A DNA stretch of 64,000 nt from Patescibacteria group bacterium (GTDB taxonomy: Bacteria > Patescibacteriota > Patescibacteriia > UBA2196): the NCBI GenBank assembly GCA_028748975.1, contig JAQTPI010000003.1:33064-97063 (forward strand), written 5' to 3'. The notes beneath the pieces were generated by a model. It made no database searches. It was given only the letters and a program-made list of their open reading frames with translations, and was not told the DNA's origin. Position numbers and translations under genes: made by a program. Below are positions 1 to 9,415 of the stretch, in pieces. Each line of letters begins with the position of its first letter. Position 1 is the first letter of the stretch.

Positions 1-44
1 TTATATTTTGTTTTTATGTTTTAATGCTTTAATGTTTTAATGCT

Positions 45-1325
45 TTACAAATGTTCATAATCGCGCATGACCAGCTGCGAATCAATCTGGCGCACGGTTT
101 CCAAAACCACTGACACGACGATCAAAAGCGAGGCGCCGGAAATGGCCATGGTGGAAATGCCGGTTAAGGGTTTCATGATTAAGGGCAAAATGGCAACCGC
201 GCCCAAAAACAAAGCGCCAGCGAGCATGATACGATTGGAAACCTTGGCCAAATAGTCCGCGGTTTGCGGACCTGGACGGAGTCCCGGCACAAAACCGCCT
301 TGCTTTTGCAAATTTTCCGCGATTTGGTGCGGATGGAAAATGACGGCAGTATAGAAATAGGTAAAGCCGAAAACCATTAAGAAATAAATTATGCCGTAAA
401 AATATTGATTATTGAAAAGGTCAATGATGAATTGCGAAGCGGTGCGCAAAAAAGTGGAACCGGAGTGCAAAAACATCTGGCCGATTAATGGCGGAAACAT
501 GACAATGGCCACGGCAAAGATAATTGGAATCATGCCGGTCTGATTGACTTTCAAGGGCAGGTGCGTGTCAAAACCGCCATACATTTTATTGCCGCGCACG
601 CGCTTGGCATAGGAAACAGGAATATTGCGCTGGCCTTCAGTAATGAAAACCACGGCCGCGACCACCAAAACCGCCATAACCGCGTAAGCCAAAAGATTAA
701 AAACTTTGTCAACGGAAAAAGTCAAAAGAGTGCGCTGGAGCGAAGTCGGAATATTGGCCACGATGCCGACCAAAATTAAAAGCGAGATGCCATTGCCGAC
801 TTTCTTTTCGGTAATCAATTCGCCAACCCACATCAAAAACAAAGTGCCGCCGGTCAAAATTATCATCATGGAAATAAATTCACCGGAGGAAAGATTGCCG
901 ATAATGCCGCGGCCGGATTGCTGGAGCAGGCGAATCATACTGAAACCCTGAAGCAGGGCCAGAGGAATGGTTAAAAGACGGGTGTATTGATTCATTTTTT
1001 TCTGACCCGACTCCCCTTCTTTCATCATTTCTTCCAGTGACGGAATAATCATGGCCAAAAGCTGTAAAATAATGGAGGCGGTGATGTAGGGACCGACACC
1101 AAGCGCCACCAAAGAAAAATTTTCCATGGCGCCGCCGGAAAAAACATTCAAAAGGCCAAGTACCTGGCTGGAGCCGAAAAACTGGCGGAGAGCGTTGACA
1201 TCAACGCCGGGCATTGGGATATGAGCCGCGATTCTCGCCACAATCAAAAGCCCGAGCACAAAAAGAATGCTGCGGCGCAGGTCATGGTCTTTCCAAATTT
1301 GGTGTAATTTCTCTGTAAACTTCAT
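45..1325 (-). CDS. secY: Preprotein translocase subunit SecY
   Basis: 426-aa 10-TM protein with a typical SecY N-terminus (…GGAMENFSLVALGVGPYITASII…). It is the last gene of the spc cluster. Confidence 0.9.
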   Translation of the reverse strand: MKFTEKLHQIWKDHDLRRSILFVLGLLIVARIAAHIPMPGVDVNALRQFFGSSQVLGLLNVFSGGAMENFSLVALGVGPYITASIILQLLAMIIPSLEEMMKEGESGQKKMNQYTRLLTIPLALLQGFSMIRLLQQSGRGIIGNLSSGEFISMMIILTGGTLFLMWVGELITEKKVGNGISLLILVGIVANIPTSLQRTLLTFSVDKVFNLLAYAVMAVLVVAAVVFITEGQRNIPVSYAKRVRGNKMYGGFDTHLPLKVNQTGMIPIIFAVAIVMFPPLIGQMFLHSGSTFLRTASQFIIDLFNNQYFYGIIYFLMVFGFTYFYTAVIFHPHQIAENLQKQGGFVPGLRPGPQTADYLAKVSNRIMLAGALFLGAVAILPLIMKPLTGISTMAISGASLLIVVSVVLETVRQIDSQLVMRDYEHL

Positions 1326-1435
1326 ATGGTTTGTTTAACACGCGAATATATATGCGAATATTTGCGAATGTGTTTGCGAATATTCGCAAAGTTATTCGCA
1401 TCAATTCGCACCGCTATTCGTATGCGCCCCCGTCC

Positions 1436-1464
1436 TTGACAGAATTTTTTGGAGGTGATAGAAT
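1436..1464 (+). promoter_or_regulatory. Near-consensus sigma70 promoter (TTGACA-17-TAGAAT) for the small ORF at 1516
   Basis: TTGACA at 1436-1441, a 17-bp spacer, TAGAAT at 1459-1464. A GAGGAGG Shine-Dalgarno lies 8 nt before the ATG. Confidence 0.6.
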
Positions 1465-1515
1465 GGAGATGGTAGTAAATCACTCACAATACAACCGATA
1501 AACGAGGAGGTAAAA

Positions 1516-1725
1516 ATGTTTCTTCAACTCATTCTCCCTGGTGGTAATGGAAATGAAAAATTGAAAGTGTTAAATGACTTCGAAAAATATAAAAAAATAC
1601 AGGTGATATTTGCGCGTGACGCTTTTAGCAACCGCATACCTGACATTATTGTTGATTCGGAGAAAATTGAAAGATTTCCGGGTGATAAAAATTTTTTCTA
1701 CATTCAAAAGAAAGAACGGGGTTAG
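1516..1725 (+). CDS. Hypothetical 69-aa protein (antisense cassette 1)
   Basis: ORF with a strong SD (acgaGGAGGtaaaaATG), its own promoter and a downstream hairpin plus T-run. No recognisable family. Confidence 0.45.
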   Translation: MFLQLILPGGNGNEKLKVLNDFEKYKKIQVIFARDAFSNRIPDIIVDSEKIERFPGDKNFFYIQKKERG

Positions 1726-1746
1726 ACATCTAAAGAAAATTATCAT

Positions 1747-1776
1747 GGCAGGCCCGCTGGTCTGCCTTTTTTCTTT
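1747..1776 (+). terminator. Rho-independent terminator (ggcag…ctgcc + T-run) followed by the TTTGTCAAAAAA motif
   Basis: Stem GGCAG / CTGCC followed by TTTTTTCTTTGTCAAAAAA. Confidence 0.5.
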
Positions 1777-1956
1777 GTCAAAAAACTGGAACGCGACTAC
1801 CACAACCACCCCGGTCCGACGTGATGTCGGACCACCCCTCCTTCGAAAGGAGGGGATAACGACGCTATCCTCCCCTTTCGAAGGGGAGGTGCCCCGACAG
1901 CAGTCGAGGGCGGAGGGGTTGTAATAAATTTATTAGATTATTAAATTATCAGATTA

Positions 1957-2391
1957 TTATTTTATCGTCCCGCCGGCTTTCTCAATCGCCTCTTTAGCGG
2001 AAGCTGATACCGCACAATTAGTAAGATTTAATTTTATTTTAATTTCACCTTTGCCTAAAATCTTCACGCTAAATCTGCTGGTGGCGACCATTCTTTTCTT
2101 TAATAAAATTTCCGGAGTCACCACCTCGCCATCTTTAAAATGATGGGTGAGGTCGCGCAAATTCACAATCGCCGGTTTTTTGTACATGGATTTAAAACCG
2201 CGCAACTTGGGAGTCTGCTCCATTAACTGGCGCATACCCAGGCGCTTCAAATTATGGCGGCCGCCGGATCTGGCGCGCTGCCCTTTTTGGCCCTTGCCCG
2301 AATAGTTGCCGCGTTTGCCGCCACGGCCAATGCGGACTTTTTTAGTCCGTGAACCGCGAGCGGATTTAATTGTGTGAAGAGAGAGGGTCAT
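1957..2391 (-). CDS. rplO: Ribosomal protein L15
   Basis: …RIGRGGKRGNYSGKGQKGQRARSGG… is the characteristic L15 motif. Its position follows S5, so L30 is absent. Confidence 0.9.
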   Translation of the reverse strand: MTLSLHTIKSARGSRTKKVRIGRGGKRGNYSGKGQKGQRARSGGRHNLKRLGMRQLMEQTPKLRGFKSMYKKPAIVNLRDLTHHFKDGEVVTPEILLKKRMVATSRFSVKILGKGEIKIKLNLTNCAVSASAKEAIEKAGGTIK

Positions 2392-2493
2392 AAATGATCT
2401 ACAAATTTACGAATCCTACGAATATACGAATAGTTACATAATTTTTGCGCTTCATTCGTACATTCGTTTTATTCGTACATTCGTAGCTATAAT

Positions 2494-2985
2494 TTATTTA
2501 TTTTTACGTTCATTAGACTTATTCAATATCTTCAGCGCCTCGTAGGTGCAGGTGGTATAATTGATTTTATTTTTACTGGTGCTGACCATTTTGCCAACCA
2601 CGTCTTGCAGGCCCGACATGTCCAACATGATGCGCACGGGACCGCCGGCTTTGATGCCGGTGCCGGACGGAGCCGGTTTCAAAAGAATTTTGGCAGCGCC
2701 GAATTTATGCAAAATCGGATGCGGCACAGTGCGTTTAAAATTCAAAGTAATTAAGCTTTTTTTGGCCTGGTCCATGGCTTTGGACATGGCGAGCGCCACG
2801 TCTTTGCCTTTGGCCACGCCAAAACCAACCCGGCCTTTTTTATCGCCAATGACAATTAAGGCGCGAAAACTCATTCTTTTGCCGCCGCCGGTGACACGCG
2901 TCACGCGCGCCAAATCCACCGTCTTTTGGTCAAATTCCGGTTTCTCGCGTTCTGGTCTGTGTTTAAAATCTCTTTTTGGTTTCAT
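2494..2985 (-). CDS. rpsE: Ribosomal protein S5
   Basis: …VTRVTGGGKRMSFRALIVIGDKKGRVGFGVAKGKDV… matches the S5 dsRBD and C-terminal domain. Confidence 0.9.
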   Translation of the reverse strand: MKPKRDFKHRPEREKPEFDQKTVDLARVTRVTGGGKRMSFRALIVIGDKKGRVGFGVAKGKDVALAMSKAMDQAKKSLITLNFKRTVPHPILHKFGAAKILLKPAPSGTGIKAGGPVRIMLDMSGLQDVVGKMVSTSKNKINYTTCTYEALKILNKSNERKNK

Positions 2986-3148
2986 AATATAGCGTTTCCC
3001 CGCCTTCGTTCTCTTGAGTCCTTTAGCACTCCGGCGGGTAAACTCTTGTTATTTTTACTATCTTTCTTTATAAATTACTTATTCCTAAATCAGGAGCCTG
3101 TCCGCCGGAGCGATAATGGGACGCTTAGGAGCGCAGGCGGACAAAAGA
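2986..3148. repeat. 160-bp structured repeat, copy 1 (second copy at 58034-58190)
   Basis: gtttccccgccttcgttctct…cggcgggtaaac…tccgccggagcg…tgggacgcttaggagcgcaggcgga is shared almost verbatim with 58034-58190. Confidence 0.7.
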
Positions 3149-3502
3149 TTAAAACTTAAGTCCCCCTTCTCTCGCCCCTTCGGCCAGTGCTTTAATTATA
3201 CCATGATATTTAAAACGGCCGCGATCAAAGACACATTCTTTAATTTTCTTTTCCAAAGCCAGTTTGGCAATTTGACCGCCAACTTCTTTGGCATTCTCAA
3301 TTTTTTTACCTTTTAATTTGGCATCATTGGCGCTCGCTATGGTGATTTGCTTTTCATCATTAATTAATTGGGCGCTGACATGCTTCAAGCTTTTGAAAAC
3401 AGACAATCGGGGTTTTTTGGCGGTGCCCAAAAACTTGGCGCGCACCCGGGCCGCCCGTCTCATTATTTTTATTTGTTTGGCTTTTTGTATGTTTGTCTTC
3501 AT
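3149..3502 (-). CDS. rplR: Ribosomal protein L18
   Basis: MKTNIQKAKQ…ARVRAKF…PRLSVFKSLKHVSAQLINDEK…. The start is trimmed to the internal ATG at 3500-3502, because the longer ORF runs into the repeat element. Confidence 0.85.
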   Translation of the reverse strand: MKTNIQKAKQIKIMRRAARVRAKFLGTAKKPRLSVFKSLKHVSAQLINDEKQITIASANDAKLKGKKIENAKEVGGQIAKLALEKKIKECVFDRGRFKYHGIIKALAEGAREGGLKF

Positions 3503-3646
3503 ATAGGTAAACAGATTTTCACAGATAGAGCACGGATTTTCACAGATGCACAGATTAGCTCGCCTCAATTCTCTTGATTAAAGGGATAAATAAATCTGTG
3601 TATTTGTGTTAATCTGTCTAATATCTGTGTCTATTTGTTTTGGTTA
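3503..3646. repeat. Intergenic word-palindrome, CACAGAT/ATCTGTG family
   Basis: ttttcacagatagagcacggattttcacagatgcacagat…atctgtgtatttgtgttaatctgtctaatatctgtgtc. Left and right arms are reverse complements built from the word cacagat. Confidence 0.8.
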
Positions 3647-4192
3647 TTACGCCGCGGCTGTTTTCGCTTTCTTGCCGGCTTTAATCTTAATTATTTCACC
3701 CAAATATCTGATGCCTTTGCCTTTGTAAGGTTCTGGTTTTTTAACGCGCTTAATTTGCGCGGCTGTTTCACCGACTAAAAATTTATCATTACCTTCAATA
3801 GTGATGACATTTTTATCAACGGAAATTTTGATGCCGTCGGGAATAGGAAATTTGACTTCATGAGAATAACCCACCGCCAGCATTAAATTTTTACCGGAGA
3901 CGGAGGCGCGATAACCGACGCCGTTGATTTCCAGCTCTTTTTTAAAACCAACAGTCACGCCCAAAATCATGTTGTTCACCAGCTGGCGCATGGTGCCCCA
4001 AAGCGCACTCACGTATTTTTCTTCTTGAAGAACCACCATATTTATTTCTTTGTCCTTGAGTTCCAAACCGATGGCGGGATGAAGTTTCAGAGTCAATTCG
4101 CCTTTGGGTCCTTTGACCATAACCAAACCAGCCTCGACTTTCACTTCGACTTTGTCCGGAATTTGAATTATTTTTTTACCTACTCTGCTCAT
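3647..4192 (-). CDS. rplF: Ribosomal protein L6
   Basis: MSRVGKKIIQIPDKVEVKV…GPKGEL… is the typical L6 two-domain sequence. Confidence 0.9.
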   Translation of the reverse strand: MSRVGKKIIQIPDKVEVKVEAGLVMVKGPKGELTLKLHPAIGLELKDKEINMVVLQEEKYVSALWGTMRQLVNNMILGVTVGFKKELEINGVGYRASVSGKNLMLAVGYSHEVKFPIPDGIKISVDKNVITIEGNDKFLVGETAAQIKRVKKPEPYKGKGIRYLGEIIKIKAGKKAKTAAA

Positions 4193-4342
4193 AAATATTA
4201 TTTAAGCTCCAAGCTCCAAATTCCAAGCTCCAAATAAATCTCAAATTCCAATAATCAAAATTCAAAATTACGACGGTTTGGAATTTGAAATTTGTTATTT
4301 GGAACTTATTTGGAAATTGGGAATTGGTTATTGGAAATTTTT
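4193..4342. repeat. Intergenic word-palindrome, CCAAG/TTGG family
   Basis: caaattccaagctccaaataaatctcaaattccaataat…atttggaacttatttggaaattgggaattggttattggaaatt. Confidence 0.8.
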
Positions 4343-4771
4343 CTAATATATCTCACAAACCACTTCCCCGCCCAAACCTTTTTTGCGAGCCTCATTATCA
4401 GTCATTAAACCTTGGGAGGTGGAAATGATGGCCATGCCCCAACCATTCAAAACTTTAGGCAGTTTATCTTTAGCGGCATAAACGCGCTTGCCGGGCTTAC
4501 TGACTCTTTGAATGCTCTTAATTTTACCTTCACCATCAGCATCATAAATTAGCCCCAATTTAAGCTGTTCAAATTTAATTCCACTTTCTTTGCTTTTTTT
4601 AATCTTAAGATCTGGTTTGATGATGGACACTTCTTTCACCCAGTTTTCGCGCTCCAAAACCTTTAAGACAGCCAATTTTAATTTTGAATACGGCAAAACC
4701 ACTTCAGCTTTTTTGACCAGCTGGGCGTTTCTGATTCTTGTTAACATGTCGGAAATTGGATCAGTATGCAT
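4343..4771 (-). CDS. rpsH: Ribosomal protein S8
   Basis: MHTDPISDMLTRIRNAQLVKK… is the canonical S8 N-terminus. The start is placed at the internal Met, since 9 upstream codons lie in repeat DNA. Confidence 0.85.
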   Translation of the reverse strand: MHTDPISDMLTRIRNAQLVKKAEVVLPYSKLKLAVLKVLERENWVKEVSIIKPDLKIKKSKESGIKFEQLKLGLIYDADGEGKIKSIQRVSKPGKRVYAAKDKLPKVLNGWGMAIISTSQGLMTDNEARKKGLGGEVVCEIY

Positions 4772-4910
4772 AATATTCTTTAAAGCACCAAATTTCAAAT
4801 TCCAAATAACAAACGGTTGGCGCGGAGCGCCAATTGTTTAGAATTTAGAATTTGGTGCTTGGAATTTGTTTGTATTTTGTAATTTGTTATTTGTAATTTA
4901 CTATTTTAGT

Positions 4911-5096
4911 TTACCAACTTGATTTGGTTACTCCCGGCAACTCATTGCGATTAGCTAACTCACGAAAACAGATGCGGCACATATTGAAATCGCGCATGTA
5001 GCCGCGATTGCGGCCGCAACGCCAACAGCGCCTCACTTTGCGAGTGCTGAATTTTGGTTTTCTTTTAGATTTAGCAATTTGAGCTTGAGTGGCCAT
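4911..5096 (-). CDS. rpsN: Ribosomal protein S14, type Z (zinc-binding)
   Basis: [48 protein letters not shown]: 61 aa with a CxxC…CxxC pattern. The longer ORF N-terminus lies in a GC-hairpin element. Confidence 0.9.
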   Translation of the reverse strand: MATQAQIAKSKRKPKFSTRKVRRCWRCGRNRGYMRDFNMCRICFRELANRNELPGVTKSSW

Positions 5097-5254
5097 AGAT
5101 TTATTTTTATATGTAACCTGCCCTGAGGAGCGGGAGCGACGAAGGGCCCCCTGCGAACCTGGGTAAGTTATATTTTGCAAGTTTTACCCGCTTGCTACGG
5201 GGTCCTTCGTCCTCCTTACCCGCTGGCAAGTCGTCCTCAGGACAGGCTAATAAT
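5097..5254. repeat. GC-rich palindromic element (cctgaggag…cgacgaagg / ccttcgtc…cctcagg)
   Basis: A long inverted repeat, ccctgaggagcgggagcgacgaagggcc…ggtccttcgtcctccttacccgctggcaagtcgtcctcaggacagg. Related copies are at 20310-20345 and 25000-25050. Confidence 0.75.
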
Positions 5255-5794
5255 TTACTTCTGAAACGGAAACCCTAATAATTTAAATAATTCTAATCCT
5301 TCTTCTTTATTTTTAGCATTGGTTGTCAAGACAACTTCCAGGCCATGAATACTTTCCACTTCATCCGGATTAATTTCGCCAAAAACCAAATGTTCTTTAA
5401 AACCAATGGTTAAATTACCGGTCTTATCAATGGATTTGGGAGAAAGTCCGCGAAAATCGCGCACGCGCGGCAAGGCCACGCCAATCAATTTATCAACAAA
5501 ATCAAACATGCGGCCGCGGCGCAAAGTGACCTTGGCGCCGACCACTTGATTTTCTCTGATCTTAAAAGCGGAAATGGCCTTTTTGGCTTTGGTCAAAATT
5601 GGCCTCTGGCCAGAAATTCTAACCAGGGTGCGCTCAATTAAAGCTTGAAACTTATCATCACGCTTGGCAGCGGAAATTCCCACATTCAAAGTCACCTTCA
5701 AAAGTTTCGGCACCGCCAAATCATTGGTGTAGCCGAACTTTTCCTTCAAGGCCGGGATTATTTCTTTAAGATATTTTTGCTTGAGTCTGTTCAT
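5255..5794 (-). CDS. rplE: Ribosomal protein L5
   Basis: MNRLKQKYLKEIIPAL…PKLLKVTLNVG…RGLSPKSID… is typical L5. Confidence 0.9.
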   Translation of the reverse strand: MNRLKQKYLKEIIPALKEKFGYTNDLAVPKLLKVTLNVGISAAKRDDKFQALIERTLVRISGQRPILTKAKKAISAFKIRENQVVGAKVTLRRGRMFDFVDKLIGVALPRVRDFRGLSPKSIDKTGNLTIGFKEHLVFGEINPDEVESIHGLEVVLTTNAKNKEEGLELFKLLGFPFQK

Positions 5795-5930
5795 AAATTG
5801 AGATCTACGAATTTACGAATCCCGAGTACTCGGGACGAATATACAAATAGTCACATAATTTTTGCGCTTCATTCGTACATTCGTTTTATTCGTAAATTTG
5901 TAGTTCTACTTTTATTTACTTAGCTTATTA
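5795..5930. repeat. Intergenic word-palindrome, CGAAT/ATTCG family
   Basis: ctacgaatttacgaatcccgagtactcgggacgaatatac…cattcgtacattcgttttattcgtaaatttgtag. A near-identical copy is at 2397-2490. Confidence 0.8.
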
Positions 5931-6266
5931 TTATATTACAGCACTACATTTTTTACATATGCGCTGTTTTTTCTCACGAGTCAGTTCAGATTTTTCGGCA
6001 TTAATTTGAAAACCAATTCTGGTTGCTTTGCCACATTTGGGGCAAACCAGCATGACATTTGTGGCGTCCATCAGAGCCGGAAACATGATGCGCTGGCCTT
6101 TTTCGCGGTCGCGGCGCGGGCGCAGATGCTTATAGCGCAGATTCAAACCTTCCACCGTCACCATCAAGCGATCCTCATCTTTTTTAACCACCTGCAAAAC
6201 CCGGCCGCTTTTGCCGCGGTCTTTGCCTTTGATTATTTTGACGGTGTCATTCTTTCTAATATTCAT
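5931..6266 (-). CDS. rplX: Ribosomal protein L24 with a Cys4 zinc-ribbon in the C-terminal half
   Basis: N-terminal KOW motif (KNDTVKIIKGKDRGKSGRVL). The C-terminal part carries CPKCGK…CKKC at positions that are usually D/T in L24. Confidence 0.8.
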   Translation of the reverse strand: MNIRKNDTVKIIKGKDRGKSGRVLQVVKKDEDRLMVTVEGLNLRYKHLRPRRDREKGQRIMFPALMDATNVMLVCPKCGKATRIGFQINAEKSELTREKKQRICKKCSAVI

Positions 6267-6381
6267 AATTTTATAATAATGTTTTCATCTGCGAATTTTT
6301 ACGAATTTTGTGCGAATTTTGCGAACAGATCGTTCTGTGCCTATTCGCATAATTCGCAGGTAATTCGCTACTAATTCGCAT

Positions 6382-6753
6382 TTACAAAACTTCTGGTGCG
6401 AGTGAAATTATTTTATTAAACCCGGCGGCGCGCAGTTCTCTGGCTACTGGGCCAAAGATACGTGTGGCTTTCGGTTCTTTGGTTTTTGGGTCAATAATAA
6501 CGCCGGCGTTGTCATCAAAACGAATATAGATGCCGTTTTTACGGCGGATTTCTTTTCTGGTACGGACAATTACCACTTTAACCAAATCGCCTTTTTTGAC
6601 CGCGGTGTGCGGCTGGGCATCTTTGATGGTGCAGTAAACAATGTCACCAATGCTGGCAAAACGCCGACGATAGCCCGCGCCAACCTTAATTACCTGAAGC
6701 CGTTTGGCTCCGGAATTATCAGCAACATTGATTTGAGAGGCAAGTTGAATCAT
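6382..6753 (-). CDS. rplN: Ribosomal protein L14
   Basis: [24 protein letters not shown]… is the canonical L14 start. The 17 upstream codons of the ORF are translated repeat DNA. Confidence 0.9.
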   Translation of the reverse strand: MIQLASQINVADNSGAKRLQVIKVGAGYRRRFASIGDIVYCTIKDAQPHTAVKKGDLVKVVIVRTRKEIRRKNGIYIRFDDNAGVIIDPKTKEPKATRIFGPVARELRAAGFNKIISLAPEVL

Positions 6754-6899
6754 AAATAATTTAAAGCACCAAGCTCCAAGCACCAATTTCCAAACAAATT
6801 TCAAATTTCAATAATTAAAATTTCAAACACGACGGTTTAGGATTTGGAATTTGATATTTTGAATTTGTTTGTTATTTGATGCTTGTTATTTGGAATTTA

Positions 6900-7148
6900 T
6901 TATTGCACCGTCTTCCATCTCTTATCTTTTGATAGCGGCCGGCATTCTATGAAAGTTACTTTATCGCCGACTTTGTGTTCGTTCTTTTCATCATGAACTT
7001 TATATTTTTTGCTGACGGTGTAGCGTTTGAGGTAGCGCGGATGGATTTTAGTATTTTCAACCTTAACCACGATGGTTTTGTCCATCTTATCAGAAACTAC
7101 CGTGCCGGTAAAGGTTCTTTTGATTTTATTATTATTTTCTTTTTCCAT
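6900..7148 (-). CDS. rpsQ: Ribosomal protein S17
   Basis: …RTFTGTVVSDKMDKTIVVKVE…HPRYLKRY…KYKVHDEKNE. Confidence 0.9.
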   Translation of the reverse strand: MEKENNNKIKRTFTGTVVSDKMDKTIVVKVENTKIHPRYLKRYTVSKKYKVHDEKNEHKVGDKVTFIECRPLSKDKRWKTVQ

Positions 7149-7155
7149 ATTATTA

Positions 7156-7341
7156 TTATTTTATGGTTTTAAGTAAAGTAGAAATTTGCGCAATATTTTT
7201 CTTGGCAAAACGAAGTTCACGGATATTTTTAAGTTGGCGCTGAGCCACCTTAAAATTAAGCTCGCGTAATTTCTCCTGCTCGTTTTTTAACAGGGTTTTT
7301 AATTCGTTTTCAGATTTTATTTTTAATTCTTTAATTTTCAT
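7156..7341 (-). CDS. rpmC: Ribosomal protein L29
   Basis: 61-aa helical protein, MKIKELKIKSENELKTLLKNEQEKL…, located between L16 and S17. Confidence 0.85.
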   Translation of the reverse strand: MKIKELKIKSENELKTLLKNEQEKLRELNFKVAQRQLKNIRELRFAKKNIAQISTLLKTIK

Positions 7342-7431
7342 ATAATACGCTAATTAATTTGCGAATTTTTGCGAATGTGTTTGCGAATATTCGCATAGTT
7401 ATTCGCAAACATTCGCATATTTATTCGGGTG

Positions 7432-7845
7432 CTACCTCTTCACCACCTTATTTTTGACCGGCAACTTATGGCCGGCAAAAATTAAACCCTCTTTAGCAGA
7501 CTTTTCATCCACACCGGAAATTTCAAACATGACTGTGCCGGGTTTCACAAAAACAGCATAATGATCAACCATACCCTTGCCTTTACCCATTTTTGTTTCG
7601 CTGCCATGAAGAGTAATTGGCTTATCAGGAAAAATTCTAGTCCAGACCTTACCACCCTTTCTGATATAGCGCACCAGCACGCGACGCGCGGCTTCAATTT
7701 GGCGGGAAGTGATGCGACTGCCTTCGGTAGATTTCAAGCCAAATTCGCCAAAATTAACCTCGCGGCAGCGCGTGTTGAAAACACCACCAGATTCACCGGC
7801 CGATTTGTGCCATTTTCTGTGTTTTACTTTTTTAGGTGATAACAT
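7432..7845 (-). CDS. rplP: Ribosomal protein L16
   Basis: MLSPKKVKHRKWHK…GEFGLKSTEGSRITSRQIEAARR… is the L16 signature. Confidence 0.9.
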   Translation of the reverse strand: MLSPKKVKHRKWHKSAGESGGVFNTRCREVNFGEFGLKSTEGSRITSRQIEAARRVLVRYIRKGGKVWTRIFPDKPITLHGSETKMGKGKGMVDHYAVFVKPGTVMFEISGVDEKSAKEGLIFAGHKLPVKNKVVKR

Positions 7846-7989
7846 ACAAATAAACAAATTTTCACAGATAGAGCGCGGATTCTCACAGATACACAGATTG
7901 TCTCACCCCACTTCTCTTAATTAGGGGGATGAATAAATCTGTGTATCTGTGTTGATCTGTCTGGTATCTGTGTCTATTTGTTTTGTTTT

Positions 7990-8661
7990 TTATTTTTTCT
8001 TCTCCTCTACTTTGCCAAAATATTCGCCTTTATAAATCCAGACTTTGATGCCGATGATGCCATAGGAAGTTTCGGCGGTGGTGCGGGAATAATCAATATC
8101 GGAGCGCAAGGTGTGCAAAGGCATCTTGCCTTGCGACAACATCTCCCGCCGCGCGATTTCCGCGCCATCCAAGCGGCCGCTAATTGTCACCTTCACGCCC
8201 TGGGCCCCCGCTTTCATCATCGCTTCAATATTTCTTTTCATGGCGCGCCGAAATGGAATTCTTTTTTCCAATTCATTGGCAATGTTTTTAGCGACAATCA
8301 TGGCAGAAAGCTGCGGCTGGGTTACTTCTTTAATGCCGATATTAATGTTTATTCCTTTGGCTACTTTGCCTTTTAAAATATTTTTAACAATATGATTTTT
8401 GACATCTTCCACGCCCGCGCCGCCCTTGCCAATGATGACACCGGGACGAGAAGAAAAAATAGTGATTTTCATGTTATCGCGCGCGCGTTCAATTTCCACG
8501 TGGTCCAAACCGGCTTCATGAAGTTTTTTCATGATATAGCGGCGGATTTTGACATCCTGCTCGGCTTTGGCGGCGTATTCGCGACCCGAAGCAAACCACT
8601 TGGAATTCCAAGAAGTTGACTGTCCGATGCGAAATATTTTTGGATTAACTTTGTGACCCAT
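7990..8661 (-). CDS. rpsC: Ribosomal protein S3
   Basis: MGHKVNPKIFRIG…SKWFA… contains the KH domain. The start is trimmed to the canonical MGHK. Confidence 0.9.
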   Translation of the reverse strand: MGHKVNPKIFRIGQSTSWNSKWFASGREYAAKAEQDVKIRRYIMKKLHEAGLDHVEIERARDNMKITIFSSRPGVIIGKGGAGVEDVKNHIVKNILKGKVAKGININIGIKEVTQPQLSAMIVAKNIANELEKRIPFRRAMKRNIEAMMKAGAQGVKVTISGRLDGAEIARREMLSQGKMPLHTLRSDIDYSRTTAETSYGIIGIKVWIYKGEYFGKVEEKKK

Positions 8662-8803
8662 AATAATATAAAACAAATTTTCACAGATAGAGCGCGGATT
8701 TTCACAGATACACAGATTGTTTCACCTTTATACTTCTCTATTAGAGATAAATAAATCTGTGTATCTGTGTTGATCTGTCTGGTATCTGTGTCTATTTGTT
8801 TGG

Positions 8804-9415
8804 TTAAACAGATTTCCGTCTAAATACCCTTTTTAATATTCCACCCTTGCTTTTTTTTCTGATCTTATCAAGGTGTTGTTTTTCGCGGTGCTTGCCTTCC
8901 ATGCGGATGTCTTCAATGTCTGGCTTATGTTCTTCCCCGGTAGTTGCTTCTTTCCCTTCCGAGTGAACGTTTTCTTCCACTTCTTCTTTGACCAATTTTT
9001 TAGCTTCATCCCAATCTTTAACTACTACTACGTCGTCCCCTTTTTCTTGTTTTTCCTTTTTTTCTTTTTTAACTTCTGTCACGGTTTTATCTTCCAAAAT
9101 TAAAGTGACATGAGTGGTAAATTTATGGATGGGGGTGGCGCGGCCCTGGGCGCGCGGCATCCAGCGTTTTAAAACAGAGCCCTTGTCAGCGCGAAATTCG
9201 GAAATTTCCAGATTTTCTTTTTTCAATTTAAAGTTGTTTTCCGCGTTGGCCACGGCGCTTTTTAATAATTTCAAAAGAGGCAAAGCTGATTTTTTCGGCA
9301 TAAACTGCAATTGTTCCATGGCTTTACTAACTGGCATTTTTTTAACAGCTTCAAGCACGACCCGGACTTTGCGGGGAGAGATGCGGAGATAATTAATTTT
9401 GGCTTGAATCTTCAT
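8804..9415 (-). CDS. rplV: Ribosomal protein L22 with a ~90-aa K/E-rich C-terminal extension
   Basis: MKIQAKINYLRISPRKVRVV…TTHVTLIL is the L22 core. It is followed by EDKTVTEVKKEKKEKQEKGDD… as a charged tail. Confidence 0.85.
   Translation of the reverse strand: MKIQAKINYLRISPRKVRVVLEAVKKMPVSKAMEQLQFMPKKSALPLLKLLKSAVANAENNFKLKKENLEISEFRADKGSVLKRWMPRAQGRATPIHKFTTHVTLILEDKTVTEVKKEKKEKQEKGDDVVVVKDWDEAKKLVKEEVEENVHSEGKEATTGEEHKPDIEDIRMEGKHREKQHLDKIRKKSKGGILKRVFRRKSV

Noticed and set aside
2926-3159. 77-aa plus-strand ORF (and its twin at 58039-58269)
   Set aside because: Both are translations of the same 160-bp repeat (shared PRLRSLE…SAGKL). They are antisense to operon genes and not credible proteins.
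3149-3568. Long N-terminal versions of many r-protein ORFs (L18, S8, S14, L14, L16, S3, L22, L2, fusA, FKBP, comEC)
   Set aside because: The extra codons are translations of the upstream repeat elements (for example MRRANLCICENPCSICENLFTY is the cacagat repeat). Canonical conserved N-termini begin at internal Met codons, which I used instead.
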